Origin: Botryllus schlosseri
Taxonomy: Eukaryota
NCBI GenBank assembly: GCA_051294905.1
Contig: CM119372.1
Location: forward strand, 21,144,001-21,208,000
DNA: 64,000 nt
Reading direction: 5' to 3'
Positions within the stretch are counted from its first letter, which is position 1, and each line of letters begins with the position of its first letter. The notes below the pieces were generated by a model that was not told the origin of the DNA, did no database searches, and worked only from the letters and a program-made list of their open reading frames with translations. A program made the position numbers and the translations under genes. Positions 51,764-64,000 of the stretch are shown here, piece by piece.

Positions 51764-54700
51764 CAATGATATATATACAATGATTGGAAACTACCGTGAG
51801 CTCTGCGTTTCAGCGTGTTCCTGGTCACGCTTCATCGCATACACAGTTGTGCTGTAAACAAAGGCTTCCTCAGCAATACTTCTTTGAGGAACTAGCGATG
51901 ATATATAATTCATTGAGTATATTTATCAGTGGCAATTAGCGTTAACGTGTTGAATAGCTTTAAAAGCGCATTTCTTTCTCGCGTCTGGCATTTTTCTTCT
52001 GATTATGCTAGCGGACCGCTGCCATACAAACGTTGATTCACGTACACGTACTTCACGTACACGTACACCTAGTTCACAAGATAAATTTCGCGCGTCATGC
52101 GCGTATCGTAAATCCAATTCACACATTGACGACTCGCAATTATACGCAATCCCCGTGATGTAGCCTTGTGACGACCAACGAGGCTTATGTTCACACAGTC
52201 GCGGACGTTCAACCTTTGTTGCAAGTGACACAACCTTCATTCCAACTTGAGGTGTCGCTTTTCCATCATATTCCTACATCAATAACATCATATATAATTA
52301 AATATCAAGCAGACGCAGTTTTTAAAGGAGTAATTCTAGTTATTTTGAGTACTCGAGTAGGTTTGCCTACTTCCGCGGGTGATTGTGTTTTCATACTCCT
52401 CACCAAACAAAAACATCACTTGTTTTTCTCTGGGGATATCTAGATCTCCTGAGTTTTGAAGGTTTTTGAAAATAGCACGCACATATTCAATGGCCATTTT
52501 GCGGCAGTCACTAAGCTTAACCCTGCACAATTTCAAAAGTGACTATTTCCAACTGACTCCGAGCGAACAACCAAATCTACTTTTAGAACTTTTTAAAAGT
52601 ACTATACACATTTATATTTTCGCTACTTCTATTTGAACCTTAGTAAATCATTGTAGCAACGCTGCATACATCACCCACCTCTGAAAAAAGGCACCTATCC
52701 ATGATCATTCCACAAAATCTCGATGCCTTACAATACAGAATTGAATTTTCAGGATTCCATTGAGCAAGATACATACACTTCACAGATAGAACATTTACGA
52801 ATACATAATTTAATCCACAAATCCCTAATTCATGTGTATATGACCGAAATAATGATGCAGGCATTTGAAAAAAGTAACATTAATATGCAACTGTACAGAA
52901 CTAGACCAATGCAAAAATAACCATGTGGACAACAAAAACAGTTTATGCGTGATTTGTTAAGCAATAATAGTGCTAGATATCAATTTTTGTCATCTTCAAC
53001 TTGGTAAAAGTATTTGGATGATGTCCTTAATAATGAAGCAGTACACTCGCTTTCGTTGGCTCAAGAATGGCCAAATACGACCCGAACGATGCCGTATCTA
53101 CTCTTGATGAAATCTGCCTTGTTTAGCTGTTTGTCCATCTTTGCTTGGTCTTGCCCGAATCATTGGTAGGATGGGGAACATTCTTTTTCCGTAATTTTAT
53201 ATGATATCAAGGTGTCACCAAATTCATTAATATCAGTAGTGCAGAATAAGGATTCGGCTATTTGACCGTACCTGTCCATGGTTATTAAATGCATAAATGG
53301 TTATCGAGACCCAAGAATTTTTTAGTTTTCCAAGTTGCTGTTCCTTCAGCACAAGAATCTATCCATTTTCGCATTTTAGGCAAGAAATCATTTTCCAGCC
53401 AGTCCAAGCGTGAATCGTCTGGACTGCAATATGGCTTCAAGTCGGCGTTGTAGCTGAACTTGGTTGATGTATTCATAATGTCGAACCACTTGTAAATACC
53501 TGCAAACCATGCAGAAGCTTCTTTAGCGTCACCTCTCCTGCTCGCATAATACGCGCAACACTATTAGACAGAAGCTGAGCTGCAAAAATCTCCCGCATCT
53601 TTGCCAAGCTTTGCATACGAAAATGTGCATCCGTCAAGTTGCCGCATCTCAATTCCGTCAGTTCAAACAGCCGTAAAATGCCGCCATCGAATAAATTTAC
53701 CATCCTTGTTGAGAAGTTTCGTACCACCAGTGCGGCTGGCGTAGAGGTTGTTGCGTACGCTCTTGGAACATCTTGCGATTTGCACTGAGTCCATCAGCAA
53801 CAAACGCAGCTACCTGAAATCCACAATCCTCCAAGATGCCGACACATTTCCAGAATATAGGCCTACTCGAAAGTCGAAATGAAGCCACCGACTTTGTTGC
53901 GCAGTATGCCAAGGGTTTGGAAACAGACGTTACCAGGCCACTGGCATAAACTTGAAGAGCGTGTGTAGCTGGTTCATCATCATCTACAGGTCTCGACTCC
54001 CCAAGATCAACGAATCCTACCATTCCGTCTTTCGTTGTACTCCATACAATATTCTGTTTCACTGAAAATGCAAAATATCAGAAGTAGTTAGACACGTGAA
54101 ACATCACCGTGAACAGCATTGCTGAAATATTCGCGATGAAGTTTTCGACACAGCTATAAAGTCATGAGAACACAATCTAGCCAATTTACAGGCAAATTTA
54201 AGGTTGGAATTGCTCCAATTTGCAAATTGATCGATTTGTGTCCTACACGCAAGAGCAAATGCATTGGACATTAAAACGAAACTCGTTTCATCAGCTTACC
54301 AGTCAACTACCATGGGAATCAAAATATATAGTCAAGGTAGCCCACCACTCTGTAGTGCTTATGCAATGATGAAGAGTAGGCTACAGTATAGAATCATTTC
54401 CTCACCTTTCAACAAATCAGATGACGCGAATGAAGTTCGCAAATCTTTAAATCGTCTTTTTTTGTACAATTGATCCAACCACGATGTTGACGCATGCTCC
54501 TTATAAATTTCTCAAGGTTTTCCGCCCATTCATATTTGGCGCCAGTGCAAAAACGTTTTGCTGGAACTTTAAACAAATGCGCATTGGCAGAGGTTTTAGC
54601 ACACCCTGGTATGCAACACTATCTCACATCTGACGCAACCAACTATTCATCAATCAACTATTAGTGAGAAAAAAGAGTTATAAATATTATAGTAGCCTTC

Positions 54701-55188
54701 AATAAAATTGCTTTCTGTTAAATGGGTCTCATCGAATTTTCAGGTTGGCCACCCACCAGCAATAAGATTACTCACAAAAGCATCTTAATCAGTTTCGCTT
54801 TCAAGATATCAGATGGCGTAATTGATGCTTACAAATGTTCGAATCTCAATCTGACCTAATTTTCCAAGCTTTTTTACGCTCATCCACAGGTCCAAAAACC
54901 TAAGCAGCTAGTCAGTACCTGAATATTGCGCATTGGCGGAAGTTTGATTAGACCTTAGTATGCAGTACTGTCTCACTATGCTCGCAAAACCTGTTAACAA
55001 TCAACCAACAAACGAAAAGACAGTGGAATAACTGCCAGCAAAGGTGATAGCAGTACTCCACCACGGCCAACATTACTCAATGAAGTGTATGCAGTCAACC
55101 TTATCCGCGCACACGCTGATTTCGGCGGGAGTAAACCTTACAGCGTTAGGGGGCGTGGCAGTTTCCAATCATTGTATATATATCATTG
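51764..55188 (-). mobile_element. P-superfamily DNA transposon, intact ends, degenerate transposase
   Basis: Perfect 29-bp TIR CAATGATATATATACAATGATTGGAAACT; 8-bp TSD GTAGAGAT (51756-51763, 55189-55196). Confidence 0.92.
53285..54062 (-). pseudogene. P-element/THAP9-like transposase fragments
   Basis: VGFVDLG...ATHALQVY...KPLAY...GFQVAAFVADGLSANRKMF; LTDAHF...KMREIFAAQLLSNSVA; DSRLDWLENDFL. Fragments are in shifted frames. Confidence 0.85.
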
Positions 55189-55396
55189 GTAGAGATGTAC
55201 GGCTGTATTATCTTATTTTACTTTTCATTCAGTGTGCATTGTGGCGTACCCCAAGGCTCAGTACTTGGACCGGTCCTCTTCACCTTATACTCCAGTAATA
55301 ATAGTCTACTCACAGAATGGTATTGAATATTGATTGATACAATGCAAACAAGGCACTCAAATATGAAACCCAACCCTTATCTGAAGTAATTATATG

Positions 55397-56860
55397 TAGG
55401 CTTGCCATACGTCCTCTTTTAAGAGGATTGTCCTCTTTTTTGACTTTTTTGAAAGTGTCCTCGGAGGACGACCTTTTGTCCTATTTTTTGAGATTTTGTC
55501 CTCTTTTTTGAAAATGTAGGTCAGATGTAGCGCATATGCGCATATTGCGAGCGATATGCCATAAATTAGGGTGAAAAACACTATATTGAGCTCCGAGCGG
55601 AGAGATGACCTTTTTTTTTTAGTCATCCACCTAGCAATGCGGAGGAAAAAACGGTATTTTGAGCACTGAGCGCCGAGAAATGAACTTTTTTTCTGGTCAA
55701 CCGGTCACAAAGTGGGAAAAATTCACCGGTTTTTGAGAATAGGCCTTTTGCAGGACTTCGATCACGTGACTAGATACGCATAGCAACAACAAATTGGTTA
55801 GCAAGCTACTTTCTCGCGCACCTGCTTCAATGCTAAATATCGCATAGTGTACTGTTGATTTCTGGTTGTAAACGTTTCGGAAATTTGTTGTAGAAGTCAT
55901 CAGAGATTCACCTATGCTAGATGTCAATCCTGTACAAAGCACATAGAATGATATCGTCAGAATTACGCAGAAATCCGTCGTTAACGTAGCCGTATTTCGG
56001 ATACAGTATATTATCGTTTTCGGGCTGTAAACGTTCGCAAGTGTCATGGAGATGCGCAAGGATTCAAATATGTTGGATGTCTTTGATTCATGAACTATGT
56101 AAACTCCTTGCGTCAAAATGATCGACATTGTAGCCGTTATTTGGTAGTCAACTATGATTTTATGACACAAAATTCGACGTTGCAGGATATTGACTTTGTG
56201 ATATTTATTGCAGCATTAAGTTAGGTGTGGATAGTATACTATAGTTGTATTGTAGCGGTAGTTGGTAATCATTGCAGCATTTTGATGATTGATATCGATT
56301 GCAATATATATATAGGATACTGCTATTTTTAAGCTCAAGAGACAATGACTGCCAGTGCCAGTACGTTGATGTGTTATGAATTCATGCAACGTGCTACATA
56401 CCACATATATATTAAATATCCTAAGCTATTGTATGACTTCTCAGTTGAACAATTCAAAATATTTAGCCCTCTACACCTCGGTATTACAAGTTATTGATCA
56501 TTCTGTCATGCTGCCAAGTGCCCAAGTGCTGAAAGTGTCCTCGGAGGACGCCCTTTTGTCCTCTTTTTTTGAGATTCTGTCCTCTTATTTGAAAATTGAG
56601 GTCAGATTTAGATCAAATCGCGAGTGATATGCCGTAAATTAGCACAGAAGTGACGCTCCGGCGGGTATTTCGAAGTGAAAAACGGTGATTTTAGCTCTGA
56701 GCGAAAAGAGATGACCTTTTTTTTTTTTTTTTTTTTTTTGGACAATCGATCACAAAGTGGGAAAAATTAACCGGTTTTTGAGAATTCTTTTCCGGTTTTG
56801 CAAGTCTCAAATTTCTGAAAAAGTGTCCTCTTTTTAGATTTCCAAAATATGGTAAGCCTA
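55397..56860. mobile_element. hAT Blackjack-like element(s) with internal duplication
   Basis: TIRs TAGGCTTGCCATA / TATGGTAAGCCTA; GTCCTC repeats; ~55450-55740 repeated at ~56530-56785. TSD does not match. Confidence 0.6.
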
Positions 56861-58114
56861 AGCTACTATGAATATTGTGAATTTAACAGATTGATAATAA
56901 TAGAGATTGCTCTGATATCACAGCAGTCGGGGTTCAGCAGTGTAGCCCAATCCAGGATTCGGGTATATTCCTGGTAAGTGGGTTAATAAGCTCATGGTCA
57001 ATACCTTCGAATATAGAGCAGAAAAATAACAATATAAATATAATAATGAATGTGTCATAGGTAAAGAAATGTCGGTACGCCGAACAACCCATTGTCATTA
57101 CATCTTGGAGCGTACCACTGCGGAACTCGTACCTTTCAGTAGCCTAATAACATGATTTAGCGACCCAAGATGTAACTAATAGATTGCCAATGGTTGCCAA
57201 AACTACTTGCTTAGTAAGCGAAATACCATGCTGCGACCTTCTGGTCTATTACTATTCCCATGACTCCGTGTCCACTCGGGTCATTTTCATGTAACCATTG
57301 AGTCAGCCCGAGTTAGAGTAATTCTAATAAAGGTCGCGTCCAAGTCTAACACGCAAATTTCAGTCGCGCATCGTTTAAGCATAGTGCTGTAAACGACTAT
57401 CGTCTAAGGGTCAGGGTTTATCATCATGAATTGGAAATGTGGCGAAATAGTGAAACTTCTACTGCATGGACGCGGATAGTGAAGTTTAATGAATAGTTGA
57501 AGGCTTTCGGAGCAATAGAGCGAATTTTCACTTTAAAAGATATGTGTGCCACTTATATATTGTAAAATTATTGAAAATCTAAAATGTCGTCGCGGTCCGC
57601 ACAAAATGATCTGGCGGGCCGCATGCGGCCGTGTGTTTGAGACCTCTGGTCTATATCAAGAAGCTCATGATGAAAAATTGTGATGTTGACAACATTGTCA
57701 TAATGAAGCAACACGCGGTGTGTCAGTGTCACCAGCAGTGTACGCCAGTGATGAGCGGATTTCTGAGAGTCCGAATCCGTCCGACTGCTTGAGTCTCTGA
57801 GGAACTAATAGTACTAATCCAAACAATCTCAACCAAAAATACATGCGAATCAGAATAATGCCGTCCAGAATTAGAAAAATCCGAATCGGATAACTTTTTC
57901 GAAGAATACTAATTGTACAAAGAAATGCACAGCTGAGCAGAGTATAGTCTTTAAAAAGGCTAAGGTTAGGGTTCGCTGATTTATATTTGCTCGGACCTTT
58001 GAAAGAACAACTTTAGAGTGATTCCAGTACTATTAGAACGTTTGACTGTGCGTGTTTCGTTCGCTTCAGACCCACGTCGAGTGCGGAAGACTCTTGTTCG
58101 CGTCAGGTAATTAG

Positions 58115-59084
58115 TAGGGATTGTGTGAACCCCTGAAAGGTTCAGGTTCGTGTGAACGCGAACCTTTTTAAAAGGTTCTGTGTGAACACGAACGTGAACC
58201 TTATGACGTCACGTGACGTCATATTGCTAATTCCAACCCTATCTTTCAATGAAGTGATAGCCTATATTAATGTACACGATACCTAGCGACGACTTGGGCC
58301 ACATAATGCAACACTTCTGAAGTACATATTGGCGTTTTAAACGTCGCTAAATGTATCAACTGAGGCAATCAAAGGATATAATACTACCATAAAATCAATA
58401 TCTTTCGTCGCTTTCCCAACAATTTCGACGAGGACTCCCTTATCGGTCTAGGCCAGACCGGACAATGTATTCGGTGTCTGAGTATTGCTACATTGATATT
58501 GATCAGAGTGTAAATTGGGTTTCTATATTTGCTACCGATATTACCTCATTAAGAAGTTATACAACAGTAGCCAACTCCTCAATCGCACAAATTTGGTGTT
58601 AATGATGCAGTAAAGATATGAAATCCAGAGTGACCCCATACGCCTTCTCGAATTTTTACATCAGAAAACGAAATCAATCTTATTGATTGGTTGAACAAGC
58701 ATCCTTCGCTGACTACGGATTTCGCTCGTGATGTTGTGTGATTGCGGGTCAAGCTCACAGCAGAGAGTCACTAAATATTCACAAACGGAAAACTGGATAA
58801 TTCGAGCAAACTTTTGTAACAAAGCAAGTAAAACATTTGAGATTGTCAAGGTGCATGCTCGTTTAGTGTTGATTTTGAATGCTGCCAGCGCCATACATGG
58901 AGTGGCCCGCAGTTGAAATGCAATAAATTTGAACCAATGATGTTATAATGAAGTGAAAGTTGCAATATATGAAAAAGGTTCACAGTGCAGAACCTACCAA
59001 GGTTCTGTTGTGAACGCGAACCTCTAAATTTCCGAGGTTCACACACAGAACGCGAACGTGAACCTCACGTTCACACCATCCCTA
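58115..59084. mobile_element. hAT-type MITE (TAGGGATGGTGTGAAC termini), copy 2, inverted relative to copy 1
   Basis: TIRs present; TSD GTAATTAG; homologous to 14947-15906 along its length. Confidence 0.9.
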
Positions 59085-59266
59085 GTAATTAGTGGATTGC
59101 GCTACGAATAGCAAAAAGTGTTTATGCAAGTAGGTTTACAATACGGTAAGATCTTTCCTTTTAATAGTGTAGTGTCAACCCTAGACGATATCTGCCTGAT
59201 ATCGTTGCCTTCGCACTATACCATTACGGTAGATTGTAAGCAGCACGCATCTTGATGTGTTTTAAG

Positions 59267-62059
59267 CAGGGCTGTGGAGTCGGAGTCGGAGTTTGGCTAT
59301 AATTCTTGCTTGGTGGAGTCGGAGTCGTGAAAACTATAATGGCTGAAGCAGTGTTGGGATGACTCGAGTCAACTTTTTCGTATGACTTGACTGGACTCGA
59401 GTCACTTTGCAAAAATGACCTGACTTGACTTGACTCGGCGCTTCAGAAATGTCGATTGACTCGTGACTCGAAGCAAAATTTACGAGTCAATTTCAAGTCA
59501 TCAATAAGTAAATGATGTCGACTAAATCACTGTATCATGTGTGTACTGTGTATTCGGATAAGTCGCGATACGCCAGTGACACTCGTGAGAGCAACCAGTC
59601 TTTCACTTATTGTACGTTCCACTTCCACTGGTCCTTCATTGTTACATCACAAATAAATTGGCCGCAAACGAAATGATCTCAGCTACAATGCTGTGGTAGT
59701 AGTAGATTAATCTAATAGTTATGTTTCTTAAATGGCGCAGTGTTTACATAGCGCAGTGCTCACCTTTACCGACCTTCTTGTATGATTTGAATGGAATGAA
59801 TATAGTTGATGCGTTTATATTCTCACGGTTGTGCAGATGGCTAGTGTATTGTGCCATATCAATCTGTTTAAACTTTTCTGAGGCTTCGTATTTGGTCCTC
59901 TATTTTTGCTGATACTAACAGACCGTAGCATGTAACTATACTGTTACTCACGTATTGTATTAGCAGTTCTACGTGTGCGTGTGCGATAAAACGCCTTTTT
60001 GCATGTATATTTAACTTTATATTCGTTATTTGATTCAAGATAAAGGCTAATTAATCTGTCTTTCACACAGCTGTCAATATTGTTCTGACTTTGAATCATC
60101 ACTCATACTTCGAAAATTCAATTTGACTTGAATTGTGACTTGACTCGTGACTTGACTTGACTTGACTCGAGTCACCTCCAAAGATCGAGGGACTTGACTT
60201 GACTCGAGTCACCTTCGAAAATCGATTGACTTGACTTGACTCGAGTCAAAATCTGCAATGACTCGAGATGACTCGTGACTCGAAGGTAGTGACTTGATCC
60301 CAACGCTGGGCTGGAGTCGGAGTCGTGGGAAAAACACTGACTGGAGTCGGAGTCGGAGTTTGTGAAAATGACCCTGACTTTGACTCCGGCTCCAACTTCT
60401 CTATCATGAAATCAATGGCTTTCAAAGGATTTTCAATATAATTTTTATGTAGGCCTACCCCCGATCACTGTTATGAATAACAATACAGATCAGGTGCGGC
60501 CAATCCGCGGCACGCAAGCCAAATTTGGCCCGCGAGAAGGTTTTGTGTGGCCTGTGAGGTAATTTTCGAAATTATTTATAACATGAGGTAAAATTGCAAG
60601 GCCAACCAAAATTTGATTAGCCTGACCGCGAAATTTGATGATGACTAAAACATCAGCTCCAACGCATTGGCGTATCCAGGGGCCAATCACATTTAATGCA
60701 GATCTTCGTAGATGACCATAAATTAGAATATTTCGTAGCAGATTTTTTGACTTGACATCTTACTCGGCACTTCGCATCATTTATTGTCACTAGATTTCTT
60801 GCATTCAGTATGGAAGCCCCCCTTCTGAAAATTATAAATACGTGTTATTCACAGAATTGAGTCCCACTATATTCGCAATTAGGAGATAACGAGTCCTCCA
60901 ACATGCGGCTTCGCTTGTGCACTCGCAGCGAGATCGTCGACGACGACACATTTGCACCAAATGAGAGAGGCATGTTCGCCGAAAACGTCGATATTGCTGT
61001 CTAAACGTCAAATAATCCTGTCCTTGACATATGAGCCCAGTGGTATACAGATGCGACCCCCAATATATGTTAGTAACATATTTATTGATAGAATTCTGTC
61101 ATTACCTTTGAAAAAATTTCGAGCGTGGCGCGACCAGGTCATGTCTGCACACGTCACAGTTTCAAGACATAATTGTTACAATTTTGGAGCGTAGTAATAT
61201 AACTCTTGTTTGCAATGTTACCTAATTCGCAATATGCATATTCGCGATGCAGTCACTAATTGATGCAATCTTTGGAATTATATACCATGATACTGTGACA
61301 GAACAAGTGCATCGGCTGGCTTCGTAAAATTATAAAATTGATGTAAATATAACCGAACGATGCTTCCCACTTGACAAAATTAAAAATATTTGTAGTGTAG
61401 TGTAGCTTAGCTGTTTGGGTCGAACAAATGATTAAGAAAGACTGCAAGTCCTAGTCCTTGAATACTTGACTAAGTACATGTAGACTAGACATACGCTATG
61501 GTATTTGACTAACTAAATTTCATCTATGACCGATGCATATTAGTAGTAAGAGTGTGTGTGCTTGTAATCAGTATAGTGTGTAATGAAAAAATTAGTAAGT
61601 TAAATATATCTATTAGTTGCTGACTCATACACATGTGCAAGAGCTACACTTGGATTTTTTATCTACATTTGAATTATACAGGATTGGATATATGTCATAT
61701 TTGAATGATTCATACACATTAAGATATTAAAGAGTCCATGTTATAAAAACTTATAAAATATGAAAAAGGAAGGATATTTAGCAAATCATTCTTTCATGTT
61801 AATTGCATAGTGGATAATTCGTGCTGTGTCACAATGAAACAATTTCACATGTCACCGTTGATCACATGTTGCGTGTGTTTAATGGCTGTATGATAGTCAT
61901 TTAACCGACAGTGTGGCATATAATTTTCGAAATAAATTGGTAATACTGTTGGAGTCGGAGTCGGAGACGGTACGGGAGTTGAAGTCGGAGTCGGTATATT
62001 GAAAATGTGTGGAGTCGGAGCCGGAGTCGATGGTAAAATTTACCGACTCCACAGCCCTG
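59267..62059. mobile_element. hAT-type element with GGAGTC subterminal repeats, inserted in LINE ORF1
   Basis: TIRs CAGGGCTGTGGAGTCGG / CCGACTCCACAGCCCTG; TSD GTTTTAAG / GTTATAAG (7 of 8 match). Confidence 0.85.
59349..60308. mobile_element. hAT-type MITE with GACTT/GACTC repeats nested in the previous element
   Basis: TIRs CAGTGTTGGGAT / ATCCCAACGCTG; TSD GGCTGAAG / GGCTGGAG. Confidence 0.8.
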
Positions 62060-62512
62060 GTTATAAGGGACCTATCCCGTGACATATCGGATTCCGAATT
62101 GTTAGAGGAATTGAACTCTTTCCATGTCACGTTCATGAAGCGACGTAAAAGGAGGTCTAATAAGGAGCTTGTGGCCAGCATGACTTGCACAAAATGCGGG
62201 GGTCGAGATCACAGATACGAATCTTGTGCGAATGATAAGAAATGCCTTAATTGTCATCAATCGCACAGTGCCGCCTACGCAGGCTAACCGACGTATCGAG
62301 AAGAGGCCAAGATTCAGTGCGTGAGAGTACGCTCGAACATAACATATGGCGAAGCTAGGACTGTCATTCGCACGCAAACAGCAAATATTCAAAGTGAAAA
62401 CATTGCAGTCTCGTACGCTCACAACTCAGCCTCTACCCCGAATAGTAATAAAGTTCGCGGCCCTGGTGCGCGTCCAGCGCAAAACGATGGCGATCTTAGA
62501 CGTCTTCAATGA
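62060..62512 (+). pseudogene. I-group (Nimb-like) LINE ORF1 remnant with zinc knuckles
   Basis: VIRDLSRDISDSELLEEL; CTKCGGRDH...C and CLNCHQSHSA; RVRSNITYGEAR. Confidence 0.75.
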
Positions 62513-62799
62513 AGAAATATATCACCATCTCCACAAGTGTCATTGAACCCTGTGAGCAGTGTACCCTAAAGCGGTGAGTGTAAAGTACTGAAACTCGACA
62601 CCGTGCCACTGCTAGCAATGATTGCACAAATTGTTCAGATTACAATATCTGCGTCCAAGTGGGGAAACACTGATATATAGAGGCAAAAGTGTCCAGTAGC
62701 TATTTAGGACACCAGATCTCCCCTACCGCGCTCCAGAGCTCATCAAATTTGGTGGACCAATATCAGCAGGAAGAAGATATACTGGCATTTCCAGCAGTC

Positions 62800-63600
62800 A
62801 TGACGCATAAACAACTTACAGTGCTACAATGAAATTGCCGCGGGATTTACCGCAAATTATACGAGTTCAAAAATTTCCTGACATTCCTTGATCATAAACC
62901 AGACGTAATAGTACTTCCGGAACCCCATTTCATTGCTAAATACACGCCAAAATTAAGAGGATACAAACTATTTAGGATGGACAATACCGTCCATAAAGGT
63001 GGTCTCGCAACATTCGCCTCCGAAGCACTGAGCTCAGTTGAGGAGCCATCTATAATATCGCGATGTTTCGAACTACTGTGTGTAGAAGTTGGGACCACGG
63101 CGATATTCAACGTCTATGTGTCTCCGGAGTGCCGATTAGAAACGAATGCTTTGTCATTTCTCGACTGTCTGCCATCTCGCAGTTTCGTATGCAGGGATTT
63201 CAATGCCCACCATTGCTCGTGGAGTCATAGAAATAATCAGCGTGGTAGTCGTCTTTGCGAAGCTATCGAAAGAAACAACATCGTTGCAGTGAACACCTCT
63301 CAACCAACCAGGGTCAATCTGTCCGTAAACGCCGAGCATCGATGGTCACTTATTATTGATCTGACGCTGGCTTCACCAAGAATCGCCCACAAATGCCACA
63401 CTACGGTCTCACAACACCTTTTAGTAAACGACCACTAGGTGGTTTTCGCCTAGTGTAATGGAGGTCAAAACCGAAGTGAAGCCAGGCCAACAAAGTGGTG
63501 CCTGCAACAAGCAAAATGGTCGGAATTCTCAAAATCTGTGGGCAACATGATGGGTGAATCTATGTCGGGTGATGTGGAAGAACTTAACAGTGCGATTACA
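62800..63600 (+). pseudogene. I-group LINE ORF2 AP-endonuclease domain, degenerate and truncated
   Basis: LQ*NCRG, DVIVLPEPH, GGLATF, NVYVSP, DFNAHH..W, PTR, IDLTLAS, NDH. Confidence 0.88.
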
Positions 63601-64000
63601 AATTCATCATCATCATTGGTTTATTAGCAATTTTATCAGTTCAATACACCACAAAAAATGCGATACAATGAAAAGACAGGAAGATGTCGAAGCGACAAGG
63701 AGTAGTCTATGGAATCTGACACCCACCTTGGCCTAGGCGATGTAAAGAGGAGGCATGCACACCTAATGAAAGTAAAGAAGATAGTATAGAAAAAGAAAGC
63801 GACAATAAATAGGGCGGCATGTCATGGGAAGAGAGATCGATAGGTCAGTCGTGGTCCGGTAATCTTGAGGATGGACTGTATTTATTTAGTAGTAATTGCT
63901 TGTATTTCGACTTGAATGTGGACATGCTCGTCGACTGTCGGATGGCCGGCGGGATACTGTTCCACACATCAGGTCCGGCATATTTGATAGAGCGATGATC
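63600..64000 (-). mobile_element. CR1/L2-group LINE 3' end, continuing beyond the window
   Basis: Same family as 16415-17885; (ATG)n tail at ~63605-63617; minus strand encodes SIKYAGPDVWNSIPPAIRQSTSMSTFKSKYK. Confidence 0.8.

Noticed and set aside
55697..56170. 157-aa ORF
   Set aside because: Lies inside a non-autonomous hAT-like element, lacks recognisable motifs and has a non-ATG start.

Overview
Eukaryotic (metazoan; probably a marine invertebrate such as a tunicate, by inference) genomic DNA dominated by transposons. The main feature is a nested pair of Polinton/Maverick-ended elements (5'-AGTAGT...ACTACT-3', 6-bp TSDs) with no recognisable Polinton core genes, both built as giant fold-backs. 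Element A (19182-42665, TSD ATTGTG) has ~3.1-kb inverted arms. Element B (20103-33098, TSD GTCGCG) sits inside A's left arm and is a 13-kb near-perfect palindrome (6,018-bp arms, 960-bp spacer). The two are related, look like copy-back derivatives of one end of a Polinton, and share a small unknown ORF that shows signs of purifying selection. The window also holds a degenerate Ty3/Gypsy (Mag-like) LTR element interrupted by a hAT element, a degenerate P-superfamily element with intact ends, an I-group LINE remnant, and many hAT MITEs and SINEs. Two spliced host genes lie on the minus strand: a C19orf53/L10K-like gene (missed by the ORF track) about 400 bp upstream of BCCIP, in an operon-like arrangement that could be bicistronic (stop-start TAA-A-ATG). 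All alignments were done by eye.
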